Positions 30,298 through 39,151 of a stretch of 64,000 nt of DNA are shown here, piece after piece. The stretch lies in the NCBI GenBank assembly GCA_964435035.1, contig CAYSXR010000004.1, forward strand, positions 676-64,675. Reading direction: 5' to 3'. The translations under genes and the position numbers were made by a program. How positions within the stretch are numbered: position 1 is the stretch's first letter; every line of letters starts with the position of its first letter. Source of the DNA: an uncultured Gammaproteobacteria bacterium (GTDB taxonomy: Bacteria > Patescibacteriota > Patescibacteriia > Magasanikbacterales > UBA922). The notes under the pieces were generated by a model that made no database searches, was not told where the DNA came from, and was given only the letters and a program-made list of their open reading frames with translations.

Positions 30298-31196
30298 TGC
30301 TTATTATTCCCATTATTTTAGCAGTAGTTTCTCTTGGTGTTATTATAGGTATTGTCTATCGACACTATCATCAAATAACACTTCTTAATGTTGAGTCTTT
30401 GCCATACATGCGGGAAGAAAAGAAAAAAGAAGAGTTTATTCGTAAAAAAGCTGCTATTAAAAGTTCACAAGTGCATGCTCGTGTTCGTGTGATGGTCGTA
30501 GCACCAGTTATTACTATTGCAAAACAAATTCAACTTAAATTCAGAAGATTTGTTGGGTTGGTCGAGCGTCGTGCGATGATGCAGGATACTTCGAAAAGAA
30601 AGTATGCGACTCCTGAAGAAGAAACGCGTCATCAATTGAATATTCAACAATTAATGCTTGAAGCAAAACGTGATTTTGATGCTGAAGATTATGATACTGC
30701 TGAAAAAAAATATTTAACGGTCTTGCGTCAAGAATCAAAGAATACGGATGCGTATCAAGGGCTTGCAGAAGTGTACCAAAAACAAGGTCAATTAATTGAA
30801 GCAAAAGAAACGTACCAATTTATTTTGCAAATCAATCCGTCTGATGATCAGACACTTATTCGGCTTGGGGATATGTATGAAGAAGAGGGACGTCTGGAAA
30901 AAGCGGTGGAGTACTATGAGCAGGCTGTAATGGTAAACCCTCACAATCCTATACGTTTCGCAAAATTGTATGATTTGCTTTTTGAACTTAAACAATATGA
31001 AACAGCACTTGAGGCGATTCAACAGGCACTGGAGATTGAACCACAAAATCCAAAATATCTTGACAATTTCACTGAAGTAGCTATACTATTGAAACAAAAA
31101 ATGCTTGCAGAGAAGGGGTATCATGAACTTCGGATGATTAATCCTGAGAATCAAAAACTACAATCATTTCGACAACGAATTGATGAACTCACTTAA
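30294..31196 (+). CDS. Membrane-anchored TPR protein
   Basis: N-terminal TM and tandem TPR motifs (AY.GLA.VY, LG..Y...G..EKA...Y..A). Confidence 0.85.
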   Translation: MMLIIPIILAVVSLGVIIGIVYRHYHQITLLNVESLPYMREEKKKEEFIRKKAAIKSSQVHARVRVMVVAPVITIAKQIQLKFRRFVGLVERRAMMQDTSKRKYATPEEETRHQLNIQQLMLEAKRDFDAEDYDTAEKKYLTVLRQESKNTDAYQGLAEVYQKQGQLIEAKETYQFILQINPSDDQTLIRLGDMYEEEGRLEKAVEYYEQAVMVNPHNPIRFAKLYDLLFELKQYETALEAIQQALEIEPQNPKYLDNFTEVAILLKQKMLAEKGYHELRMINPENQKLQSFRQRIDELT

Positions 31197-31280
31197 GTCC
31201 TGTATTATTTCATAGACTCTGAGTTCCAGTGATTAGAGACTACTTGGAGTGCGGTTCAACTAATATTTTGTAGTCAGCGA

Positions 31281-31353
31281 GCCGTCTTAGCTCAGCTGGT
31301 AGAGCAACGGTTTTGTAAACCGTAGGTCCGGGGTTCGAACCCCCGAGACGGCT
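31281..31353 (+). tRNA. tRNA-Thr(TGT), CCA not encoded
   Basis: Cloverleaf GCCGTCT...AGACGGC with anticodon arm ACGGT-TTTGTAA-ACCGT and GTTCGAA T-loop. Confidence 0.95.
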
Positions 31354-31381
31354 CGCTGATTATAAAGTTAGGAGTAAAAAT

Positions 31382-31466
31382 GGGTCGATTCCCGAGCGGT
31401 CAAAGGGGGCAGACTGTAAATCTGCTGGCTCAGCCTTCGTAGGTTCGAATCCTACTCGGCCCACCA
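31382..31466 (+). tRNA. tRNA-Tyr(GTA), CCA encoded
   Basis: GCAGA-CTGTAAA-TCTGC anticodon arm, long variable arm, ends ACCA. Confidence 0.95.
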
Positions 31467-31497
31467 ATAAAAAGTCGCTTTACCAAGCGGCTTTTTT
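31467..31497 (+). terminator. Terminator (copy 1 of a duplicated 31-bp module)
   Basis: AAAAGTCGCTT-TACC-AAGCGGCTTTT plus T-run. Confidence 0.8.
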
Positions 31498-31531
31498 TGT
31501 AGTATACTCAGTACATATACTTAATCTATAT

Positions 31532-32557
31532 ATGGAAATACTGCCTGGACAACCTCGAAATACATTTGTGCCGTTTCTTTTATTTATTATTTTTTCTATC
31601 TTTGCTGCTTTTGGAGCTGCATATATTTTTTTTAGTTCTACAAATAATCAGCGTGCCCAAACTGATACTATCCGTTTACTAACCATTGACGAAGTTTCGC
31701 AGCAAAATGCAATATCTGGAGGAGGATCAGTTCTATCTATTAATACGTCTACCCTTATCGATAACCCAACACTTTCCGAGATACTAGGACCAGAAGATGA
31801 AAACGGATTATTTTTACACGTCCTTGAGGGGTATGAGCTTGATAAAATAATTCCTATACCACATTCTTCAAGTACTTTGATTGGAACAAGGCATATTACA
31901 GGTACTACCTCTTCAACGTATTCGTTTATGTTGTGGAATGTTTTTGGTGATAGTAGTGATGCTGTCTTGGTAAAGAAATTAGACGTAGATGAGTGTGGTT
32001 TGCCAGGTGTGCAGTGGGAATATTTGTCTGATAAAAGCGCAGTTATAGTCAACTATTGGCAGCGTTCTTGTGAGGGTGATGGTATTCATACGATGTATTA
32101 TTTTGCAGATGATTTTGTTGAGAAATTTAAAATAGTTGAAACCACTGATACGTCAACACTAGTCTTAAGTTTTACTGACAGTAGTACGACGTCTACTATT
32201 TCTTTAATTTCTGATAACGACTGCACTCAATTACCATATCCACGGGAAACTGGTAAAGAATGGAAAGATGAGAATCTACCAGTTGTAAATTTACTAGGTT
32301 TAAAAGTTGTCCGTACAGGAGAAGCTGGAAATAATGAAAAAATGTTAACTTTTTCATCTCCTATATCTTTGCGTTGTGAGGTAGGTTATGGGGATAGTAA
32401 GGAGAATCCATCAATAAAATTAATTAAGTATGCGGAGGGGCAATTACTGTTTGGATTTAATAAGTACGTGGGAATTATTGATCTTGATAAAATTGGAGAT
32501 ATTTTTGAGCATTCAGGTCCATATGGCATATCGGTTGAGGGTGTTACACTCAAATAA
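31532..32557 (+). CDS. Hypothetical membrane-anchored extracellular protein
   Basis: 341-aa ORF with an N-terminal TM and no recognised family. Confidence 0.7.
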   Translation: MEILPGQPRNTFVPFLLFIIFSIFAAFGAAYIFFSSTNNQRAQTDTIRLLTIDEVSQQNAISGGGSVLSINTSTLIDNPTLSEILGPEDENGLFLHVLEGYELDKIIPIPHSSSTLIGTRHITGTTSSTYSFMLWNVFGDSSDAVLVKKLDVDECGLPGVQWEYLSDKSAVIVNYWQRSCEGDGIHTMYYFADDFVEKFKIVETTDTSTLVLSFTDSSTTSTISLISDNDCTQLPYPRETGKEWKDENLPVVNLLGLKVVRTGEAGNNEKMLTFSSPISLRCEVGYGDSKENPSIKLIKYAEGQLLFGFNKYVGIIDLDKIGDIFEHSGPYGISVEGVTLK

Positions 32558-32565
32558 TTAATAGT

Positions 32566-32596
32566 ATAAAAAGCCGCTTTACCGAGCGGCTTTTTT
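32566..32596 (+). terminator. Terminator (copy 2 of the duplicated module)
   Basis: AAAAGCCGCTT-TACC-GAGCGGCTTTT, 29/31 identical to 31467-31497. Confidence 0.8.
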
Positions 32597-32614
32597 CGTA
32601 TATAGTAACACTAT

Positions 32615-32875
32615 ATGAAAAAACTTTGGTTCAAACGAAAATTGTATGGTTGGGGATGGTATCCGGTCACTTGGGAAGGGTGGGCGGTAATTTTGGTGTA
32701 TATGGGTGCTGTTTTTGCGTTTGCTGCGACTATTGATGAACAGTCTCCACCTCGAGAGCTCATATTTACCTTTTTTTTGCCTATTACACTTCTGACCATT
32801 ACTCTCATTCGTATTTGTTATGCCACGGGTGAAAAACCGCGTTGGCAGTGGGGAGAAGATATTGATAAAAAATAA
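32615..32875 (+). CDS. Small two-TM membrane protein
   Basis: WFKRKLYGWGWYPVTWEGW...GEKPRWQWG with two hydrophobic helices. Confidence 0.75.
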   Translation: MKKLWFKRKLYGWGWYPVTWEGWAVILVYMGAVFAFAATIDEQSPPRELIFTFFLPITLLTITLIRICYATGEKPRWQWGEDIDKK

Positions 32876-32900
32876 CCCGCTTTTGGCGGGATTATTTTTT
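32868..32900. terminator. Bidirectional terminator
   Basis: AAAAATAACCCGC-TTTTG-GCGGGATTATTTTT between convergent genes. Confidence 0.7.
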
Positions 32901-33358
32901 TACACTATGTCGTGTAGCACTTCGTCTGCATGTATTTCAGGTTTTACATTTTCGTAGTGTTTGAGAATAGTGCCCTCAGGACTGATGAGAAATGATTCTC
33001 GAACTATTCCCATATTTTTTTTACCAAACATTTCTTTCTCTCTCCATACTCCATATGCACTAATTACTTTTTTTTCAGGATCAGCGAGGAGCGGAAAATT
33101 TAAGTGAAATTTTTTAGCAAATTTTTTGTGTGACTCTATGTCATCAGCACTTACACCTAAGACTTGTACGTTTTTTTCTTTGAGTTCATTTAACCTGTCT
33201 TGAAAATTACACGCTTCGGTGGTGCAGCCAGGTGTGTCGTCTTTGGGGTAGAAATAGAGGAGTACATATCTGCCTGCATATTCTGCAAGACTGTGTGTGG
33301 TGCCAAATTGATCCTGGAGCGTGAAGTCAGGGGCTGGTGAATGGAGTGGGGGAGTCAT
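32900..33358 (-). CDS. bcp: Peroxiredoxin Bcp
   Basis: LYFYPKDDTPGCTTEAC. Confidence 0.93.
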   Translation of the reverse strand: MTPPLHSPAPDFTLQDQFGTTHSLAEYAGRYVLLYFYPKDDTPGCTTEACNFQDRLNELKEKNVQVLGVSADDIESHKKFAKKFHLNFPLLADPEKKVISAYGVWREKEMFGKKNMGIVRESFLISPEGTILKHYENVKPEIHADEVLHDIV

Positions 33359-33361
33359 ATA

Positions 33362-33454
33362 GTATTGATTTAGATTGATTAAAAATTGATTATGCAGATT
33401 AAAGAATATGTATTTTCAGTCTAAATCATAATTTAATCTGTTTGAATCAATGTT
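33362..33454. repeat. Family B element
   Basis: TATTGATTTAGATTGATT...GCAGATT ... CAGTCTAAATC...AATCTGTTTGAATCAATGTT. Its left end abuts the minus-strand bcp ATG. Confidence 0.8.
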
Positions 33455-33505
33455 AGTATACCATCACTTGCATATCTGTATAGTCTTGTGTTAGCGTATG
33501 GCTGT

Positions 33506-34069
33506 ATGAATACTGAAGTATATAATAACGTGTGTAAAGAACTGGAAGATCGTAGGGCTACCGGAAACCCGTATTGGAATGCGGGTCCTCAGACTGTTGA
33601 TCTTATTATTTCCTATATTCAGAAGTTAGGTCAGTGTCGAGTACTTGAGATTGGTACTTCAAATGGGTATACCGCTTTGCGATTGGTGCCGTCACTTATT
33701 GAGGTTGGAGGAAGTATTACTACGATTGAGTCTCACAAAGAGCGCGGTGATTTGGCGGAACATCATTTTCGTATTGCTGAAGTGGGGAGTATTATTACTT
33801 TGGTACACGGGCATGCACCAGAAATATTTGATTCACTTACGGGGTTATTTGATATTGTATTTCTTGATGCTACCAAATATGAGCATGTTTCGTATGTACA
33901 GGCGCTTCTTTCGTTGATGAATGCCCATTGTGTGGTAATTGCGGATAATATTCATTCGCATGAAGAAGCTATGAAGCCGTTTATTGAGTACATGTATTCT
34001 TTGCCTAGTTTTTCAGTCGAAATTTTATCCACTGAGACTGGAATTCTTGTGGCAGATAAGGAGTTGTAG
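33506..34069 (+). CDS. O-methyltransferase (class I SAM-dependent)
   Basis: VLEIGTSNGY, FDIVFLDATK, IADN. Confidence 0.88.
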   Translation: MNTEVYNNVCKELEDRRATGNPYWNAGPQTVDLIISYIQKLGQCRVLEIGTSNGYTALRLVPSLIEVGGSITTIESHKERGDLAEHHFRIAEVGSIITLVHGHAPEIFDSLTGLFDIVFLDATKYEHVSYVQALLSLMNAHCVVIADNIHSHEEAMKPFIEYMYSLPSFSVEILSTETGILVADKEL

Positions 34070-34086
34070 GCCTATTTATTTTCCTG

Positions 34087-34115
34087 TTGACAGGATGGAT
34101 TAATTTGAGTATACT
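34087..34115 (+). promoter_or_regulatory. Sigma70 promoter of the tRNA cluster
   Basis: TTGACA-17 bp-TATACT. Confidence 0.75.
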
Positions 34116-34148
34116 GCTCTCCGCATATTGATTACCTTTTACAGCCAT

Positions 34149-34191
34149 GCGCGCCTAGCTCCCGCCCAAGGCGGGCAGGCAGTTGGTCGAG
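34149..34191 (+). pseudogene. tRNA-Val 5' fragment interrupted by a 19-bp GC palindrome
   Basis: GCGCGCCTAGCTC [CCGCCCAAGGCGGGCAGGC] AGTTGGTCGAG compared with the intact GCGCGCCTAGCTCAGTTGGTTAGAG at 34225. Confidence 0.75.
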
Positions 34192-34224
34192 GTGTTTAGT
34201 GATTTTTTGTAAAAACAAATTTAA

Positions 34225-34298
34225 GCGCGCCTAGCTCAGTTGGTTAGAGCATCTCGTTTACACCGAGAGGGTCGGGGGTTCGAATCCCTCGGCGCGCA
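34225..34298 (+). tRNA. tRNA-Val(TAC), CCA not encoded
   Basis: TCTCG-TTTACAC-CGAGA anticodon arm and GCGCGCC/GGCGCGC acceptor stem. Confidence 0.95.
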
Positions 34299-34299
34299 C

Positions 34300-34379
34300 T
34301 GAGAAAATGAACAATTAGCAATACACAATTAACAGCACAGTATTTTGTTAATTGCTCTTTGATAATTGTTCATTTTTCA
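34300..34379. repeat. Family C element filling the tRNA-Val/tRNA-Thr spacer
   Basis: TGAGAAAATGAAC AATTAGC AATACAC AATTAAC ... GTTAATT GCTCTTT GATAATT GTTCATTTTTCA. Confidence 0.8.
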
Positions 34380-34384
34380 TTCAT

Positions 34385-34460
34385 GCTGTCATAGCTCAGT
34401 TGGTAGAGCGCGTCCATGGTAAGGACGAGGTCTCCAGTTCAATCCTGGATGACAGCTCCA
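34385..34460 (+). tRNA. tRNA-Thr(GGT), CCA encoded
   Basis: CGTCC-ATGGTAA-GGACG anticodon arm, GCTGTCA/TGACAGC acceptor stem, ends TCCA. Confidence 0.93.
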
Positions 34461-34462
34461 GT

Positions 34463-34493
34463 AAAAACATCGCTAAAATAAGCGATGTTTTTT
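34463..34493 (+). terminator. Intrinsic terminator
   Basis: AAAAACATCGCT-AAAATA-AGCGATGTTTTT. Confidence 0.8.
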
Positions 34494-34641
34494 ATTTATA
34501 GCGAGTCTCTTTGTTAGTACTATTTTTCGGTAGGGGGCAATTCTTTGTGTATGACTTCTATTTGCTGTATTTTTTGGTAAAACTTGACAGATACTCTGTA
34601 ATCCTGTACTATTTCCTTACTTCATTTTTAGTTCCTGTATT

Positions 34642-34809
34642 ATGGCTTCCAAGTCAAAAGAACGACAAAATAAGATCAAACTCTCATGTACTGAGTGTAA
34701 GACGGTGACGTATTTCAAAAACAAGAATAAAGCCATCAAACAACGTCTTGAAATCTCAAAGTTTTGCAAGCACTGCACGAAACACTCCATGCATAAAGAG
34801 ACCAAATAA
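34642..34809 (+). CDS. rpmG: 50S ribosomal protein L33, zinc-binding form (absent from the ORF track)
   Basis: Own translation: MASKSKERQNKIKLSCTECKTVTYFKNKNKAIKQRLEISKFCKHCTKHSMHKETK, with two CxxC motifs. Confidence 0.93.
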   Translation: MASKSKERQNKIKLSCTECKTVTYFKNKNKAIKQRLEISKFCKHCTKHSMHKETK

Positions 34810-34863
34810 GATCTTAGTCAAAAACAGCCCTATCTTAGGTGCTGTTTTGAATTAATAAATTAT

Positions 34864-35715
34864 ATGAAATATTTTCTTGAGGTACTGTATAAAAGTCTCA
34901 GTAATCCTGTCTGGTTTTCAGCACAGTCAAAACAGTCAAAAAAATCCACGTGGTTTTTTGTTCTTACTGTTCTTGTGTTAGCTTTTGGTGCGGCTGCTGT
35001 TTTTACCTTCAGAGCTATTCCGTATGCAGTAACCTCAGTGAAAGATATAATCGTAGAAGAAGTACCTGATTTTTATGCAACAGTCACTGATCATAAACTC
35101 TCGGTGACGGGAGTAGAGCAACCTTATGTTCGAAGATTTGAAACAAAAGAGGAAGGGGTACTCGTACTTATTGTTGACACCGTGAGCACTAGTACACTTA
35201 GTGTTGAACAATTTGTTACTTCTTCAGAAAAAGCAATACTCGTTACACAAGATCATGTGCTATCAAATACTACTGAAATTTTTGGAAGTACCAAAGAAGA
35301 TTTTTCTGATGTACCAAATATATCTTTTTCTCGCACAGAGGCAATACAGACACTTGAGAATTTGGTAGGCTCATGGAGATCAATGATTATGGTCGTTGCC
35401 TTGGCGATTGTTTTCTTGATTTGGGGATTGGGATTATTGGCATATCTCCTTATCTGTTCATCACTCATATATCTCGTCTATACTCGCACTACCAAACAAC
35501 CTGTAGGTGAGCGCTACACATGGAAGGAAGTATTTACACTCTCTATATTTGCCTTTGCACTTCCAAAGATTGTAATGACCGCTCTTTCATTTGGACCATT
35601 AATTTCTATTCCTTACGTCGTTACCCTTGTGATGGTTATCGCAGTCTTCCGTGCATTGAGTGTGAAAAAGTCTGTGTCTGAACAAGAAAATGGTTCAGTA
35701 ATGCCGAATCTCTAG
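34864..35715 (+). CDS. Multi-TM membrane protein (DUF1189-like)
   Basis: N-terminal TM, soluble loop, then three C-terminal TMs with a YTWKEVFTLSIFAFALP pattern. Confidence 0.6.
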   Translation: MKYFLEVLYKSLSNPVWFSAQSKQSKKSTWFFVLTVLVLAFGAAAVFTFRAIPYAVTSVKDIIVEEVPDFYATVTDHKLSVTGVEQPYVRRFETKEEGVLVLIVDTVSTSTLSVEQFVTSSEKAILVTQDHVLSNTTEIFGSTKEDFSDVPNISFSRTEAIQTLENLVGSWRSMIMVVALAIVFLIWGLGLLAYLLICSSLIYLVYTRTTKQPVGERYTWKEVFTLSIFAFALPKIVMTALSFGPLISIPYVVTLVMVIAVFRALSVKKSVSEQENGSVMPNL

Positions 35716-35809
35716 AGTTTTCCACACTTGATCAACTCGTTTAATTCAGCTATACTGTCTATTCGAGTGCTTTTATGTGCTCTTGTTATTTTAATACTGT
35801 TCGGATGTT

Positions 35810-36415
35810 ATGATTACACTATACGGATCTGCGAATTCAAGTGCGGGCAAATGTATTTGGCTTCTTGAAGAATTGAATGTTCCTTATGAACAAAAGGAAC
35901 TAAACATGAAGATGAAAGAACAAAAGTCTGAGTGGTTTTTGAAATTAAATCCTAATGGGAAAGTTCCAGTATTGGTTGATGAAGAGTTTGTATTGTGGGA
36001 ATCTTTTGCTATCAATCAATATTTGGCAGAAAAATATAAACCACAGCTTTTGGGGAGAACGGTAGAAGAAAAAGCGCTGGTGTCACAGTGGAGTTGGTGG
36101 GCAGCACTTCACCCACAGCAGTACTTTGATACTATTTTGCTTTTTGTTATGTATTCAGTGGGTACTCAGGCTGAAGCTATCAAAGCAGGGGAAGATGTTA
36201 AACAATATCTCAAAATTCTTGAAACTCATCTTACAGACAAAGATTTTGTCGTAGGTAAAGAATTTACTCTTGCAGATGTGAGTATTGGTTCAATCATTAA
36301 TCTTGGATTTGGATTGAACTATGATTTTGGTGAATACCCTGCGATTACTTCGTGGATGGGGCGGTTGAAGACGAGACCTGCTATGATCTCATTACTTGCT
36401 AAGTTGGGAAGATAG
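35810..36415 (+). CDS. Glutathione S-transferase family protein
   Basis: LNPNGKVPVL, WESFAINQYL, FTLADV. Confidence 0.92.
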   Translation: MITLYGSANSSAGKCIWLLEELNVPYEQKELNMKMKEQKSEWFLKLNPNGKVPVLVDEEFVLWESFAINQYLAEKYKPQLLGRTVEEKALVSQWSWWAALHPQQYFDTILLFVMYSVGTQAEAIKAGEDVKQYLKILETHLTDKDFVVGKEFTLADVSIGSIINLGFGLNYDFGEYPAITSWMGRLKTRPAMISLLAKLGR

Positions 36416-36417
36416 TA

Positions 36418-36483
36418 CAAAATCTCAAAATTTAAAACATAAAACTCAAAATTATAACTCAAAGCTTAAAAGCTTTGAGTTAT
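36418..36483. repeat. Family C-like 7-bp array ending in a hairpin
   Basis: CAAAATC TCAAAAT TTAAAAC ATAAAAC TCAAAAT, then ATAACTCAAAGCT-TAAA-AGCTTTGAGTTAT. Confidence 0.6.
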
Positions 36484-36492
36484 TTGTAGCAC

Positions 36493-36521
36493 TTGACAAA
36501 TAAACTATTTTTTTGTATACT
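36493..36521 (+). promoter_or_regulatory. Sigma70 promoter of typA
   Basis: TTGACA-17 bp-TATACT. Confidence 0.75.
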
Positions 36522-36578
36522 TCGCCCACTATTTTGCCTCGAGTCTCGAGTGTATAGCTTGAGGCTTTTATCTTAAAT

Positions 36579-38366
36579 ATGGAAATTCGAAACATTGCAA
36601 TTATCGCACACGTAGACCATGGTAAAACCACTTTGACCGATGCTTTGCTTCGCGAGTGTGGCATGATTACTGAGGAAGGTCAGACTATGGATTCAAACAC
36701 TCTTGAAAAAGAGCGTGGTATTACGATTTATGCCAAAAATACCTCGCTTTTTTATAAAGGAACCAAAGTAAATATCGTGGATACTCCGGGCCATGCTGAT
36801 TTTGGTTCTGAAGTAGAGCGTGTACTCCGATCGATTGATTCAGTGTTATTGATTGTTGATGCTCAGGAAGGTCCGATGCCTCAAACTAAATTTGTATTGA
36901 AAAAATCTCTTGAAATTGGTTTGAAACCGATTGTGGTTTTGAATAAAATTGATAAACCTGCTGCACGACCACAAGAAGCTCATGATATGGTTTTGGAACT
37001 ATTTATGGATCTTGGAGCAAATGATGAACAACTCAATTTTACGACTGTTTATGCAATTGGCAAACTTGGTATTGCAAAAAAGAACTTAACTGATGAGTCA
37101 ACTAATCTTGAACCATTGCTTGATACAATTCTCGAAAAAGTACCTGCTGCTCGCCATGATATTACCAAACCTCTTCGGATGCAGCCATTTAACCTCGCGT
37201 ACGACAATTATCTGGGTCGTCTTGCTGTTGGGCGTATTTACGAAGGTGTGGTAAAGCAGGGTGATAAAGTATTTATCAAAAATGAGGATGGAACTGTCCG
37301 AACGGGGAATATTACCAAAATTCAAAATTTTAAAGGTTTTGCTCGTGAAGAAGTGCAGCAAGCTGAAGCAGGGGATATTGCTATGATTGCGGGAATTCCT
37401 GATATTTATATTGGTGAGACCATTTGTGTTTCAGCTGATCAGGAAGCATTACCTGCTATCAAGGTTGATGATCCAACAATTTCTATTGATTTTTTGGTCA
37501 ACAATTCTCCATTTGCTGGAAAAGAGGGAACCTATGTAACCAGTAGACAAATTCGCGAACGACTTGAAAAAGAGCTCGAGGTGAACGTGGGTCTACATGT
37601 GGAATTTGGTAGTGGAGATCGTTTTACCGTGTATGGACGAGGAGAAATGCATATCGCAATTTTGCTTGAAAATATGCGCCGTGAAGGATTCGAACTTCAG
37701 GTGTCTCAACCTCGTGTAATTATCAAAGAAGAAAATGGAGAAAAAGTAGAGCCTTTTGAAGAAGTAACGATTGATGTGCCTGATATATATGTTGGTACGG
37801 TTATTGAAAAAATGAGTAAACGAAAGGGTAGTATGACGAATATGATGCCTGAAGGTGGTCATACTCGTATTATTTTTGAAATCCCAACTCGTGGTATCCT
37901 CGGATATCGTGGAGAATTTGTAATGGATACTCGTGGAGAGGGAATTATGGCGTCACGTGTGACTGGATTCCGTCCTCATGTGGGAGTTATTGAAAAGAGG
38001 GAAGTTGGAAGTATGGTTTCTATGCTTACTGGAAAAGCGCTTGGATATGCACTGTGGAATCTCCAGGAACGAGGTACACTCTATATCGGACCAAACATTG
38101 AAATTTACGAGGGAATGGTTATTGGTAATGTGGCGAAGGGTCAGGATATGGCAGTGAATGCAATCAAAGGAAAGAAACTTTCAAACATGCGAGCAAGTGG
38201 CAGTGATGATGCAATTATTCTTACTCCTCCATTTGAAATTTCACTTGAGCGTGGTATGGAAATCATGACTGATGATGAATATCTTGAAATTACTCCAAAA
38301 AGTATTAGACTTCGAAAGAAATATTTGACTGAGGTTGAACGAAATAAGGCGAAGAGGTCGAGTTAA
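36579..38366 (+). CDS. typA: Translational GTPase TypA/BipA
   Basis: AHVDHGKTT, ERGITI, DTPGHADF, GRGEMHI, C-terminal KKLSNMRASG. Confidence 0.97.
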   Translation: MEIRNIAIIAHVDHGKTTLTDALLRECGMITEEGQTMDSNTLEKERGITIYAKNTSLFYKGTKVNIVDTPGHADFGSEVERVLRSIDSVLLIVDAQEGPMPQTKFVLKKSLEIGLKPIVVLNKIDKPAARPQEAHDMVLELFMDLGANDEQLNFTTVYAIGKLGIAKKNLTDESTNLEPLLDTILEKVPAARHDITKPLRMQPFNLAYDNYLGRLAVGRIYEGVVKQGDKVFIKNEDGTVRTGNITKIQNFKGFAREEVQQAEAGDIAMIAGIPDIYIGETICVSADQEALPAIKVDDPTISIDFLVNNSPFAGKEGTYVTSRQIRERLEKELEVNVGLHVEFGSGDRFTVYGRGEMHIAILLENMRREGFELQVSQPRVIIKEENGEKVEPFEEVTIDVPDIYVGTVIEKMSKRKGSMTNMMPEGGHTRIIFEIPTRGILGYRGEFVMDTRGEGIMASRVTGFRPHVGVIEKREVGSMVSMLTGKALGYALWNLQERGTLYIGPNIEIYEGMVIGNVAKGQDMAVNAIKGKKLSNMRASGSDDAIILTPPFEISLERGMEIMTDDEYLEITPKSIRLRKKYLTEVERNKAKRSS

Positions 38367-38459
38367 CTGGTTATCTAGTTGTCTGGTTTTGTAAGATTGA
38401 AGATTAAAAACTGAAGATTAAGGAAAATTTAAAATCTTTAGTCTTTAATCTTCAATCTT
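38364..38459. repeat. Family D half-array plus a Family C (AAGATTA 7-mer) inverted element
   Basis: TAACTGGT TATCTAGT TGTCTGGT, then AAGATTG AAGATTA AAAACTG AAGATT ... AATCTTT AGTCTTT AATCTTC AATCTT. Confidence 0.8.
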
Positions 38460-38538
38460 TTTTATTTATTCATATCAGGGTGTGAGCTATTGAAAAAGTT
38501 ATTTATATTCGCTATACTCTGGTAGATAATTAATCCAT

Positions 38539-38609
38539 GGGCGCGTGGTGAAATGGTATCACTAAGGTCTCCAAAACCTTCGTCGTCGGTCCGATTCCGA
38601 CCGCGCCTG
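38539..38609 (+). tRNA. tRNA-Trp(CCA), CCA end not encoded
   Basis: AAGGT-CTCCAAA-ACCTT anticodon arm, GGGCGCG/CGCGCCT acceptor stem, atypical T-loop TCCGATT. Confidence 0.88.
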
Positions 38610-38615
38610 CTCCAG

Positions 38616-38645
38616 AAAACATGGCTAACATAAGCCATGTTTTTT
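38616..38645 (+). terminator. Intrinsic terminator
   Basis: AAAACATGGCT-AACATA-AGCCATGTTTT plus T-run. Confidence 0.8.
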
Positions 38646-38717
38646 GTATACCCACCGAAGGAATTGAACTTTTTAGTAAAATGCTCTATAGTTTCTATAC
38701 TAATTTATAATAATCCC

Positions 38718-39029
38718 ATGCCTATGGATTTTGATGATCTTGTTCTTTCTCCTGAAGATGCTGCAGCAGACATACCAAAACTTTTTGAAAAAGAACGTTT
38801 TGAAAGTGTGCATTATTTATTGGATCAAATTCAGGAACGAGGAGGAAAACAGAGGGCAATGGAATTAGTCGAGAAACATTTCAGGAAAGAAGGAAAGTTT
38901 GATCTTGCTGCACAATGTCTACCTTGGCTTTTGGAAAAACTTAAGAAGGATCGAGATATAGATAGTGAATTTGGTAATAAAACTCCAGATGAGATACGAG
39001 ATTACTTTGGATTAGGAAAAAGGATGTAG
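38718..39029 (+). CDS. Hypothetical protein
   Basis: Charged helical ORF. The ATG at 38718 is preferred because the upstream ATG lies inside the terminator. Confidence 0.55.
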   Translation: MPMDFDDLVLSPEDAAADIPKLFEKERFESVHYLLDQIQERGGKQRAMELVEKHFRKEGKFDLAAQCLPWLLEKLKKDRDIDSEFGNKTPDEIRDYFGLGKRM

Positions 39030-39122
39030 TTTCACAGTATAATTGTTGGGATATAAACATACCCCTTCTCCTCACGTAAAATAGTTTCAACGTCCCGTAC
39101 GATGTTCTGTACGGAACAACCA

Positions 39123-39151
39123 TTGACAAATTCTCTTCTTTCTGCTATACT
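39123..39151 (+). promoter_or_regulatory. Sigma70 promoter of the DEAD-box helicase
   Basis: TTGACA-17 bp-TATACT with an extended -10 TG. Confidence 0.8.

Noticed and set aside
34511-34805. ORFs 34511-34708 and 34617-34805 from the track
   Set aside because: The real gene here is rpmG (34642-34809), which is below the track's length cut-off.
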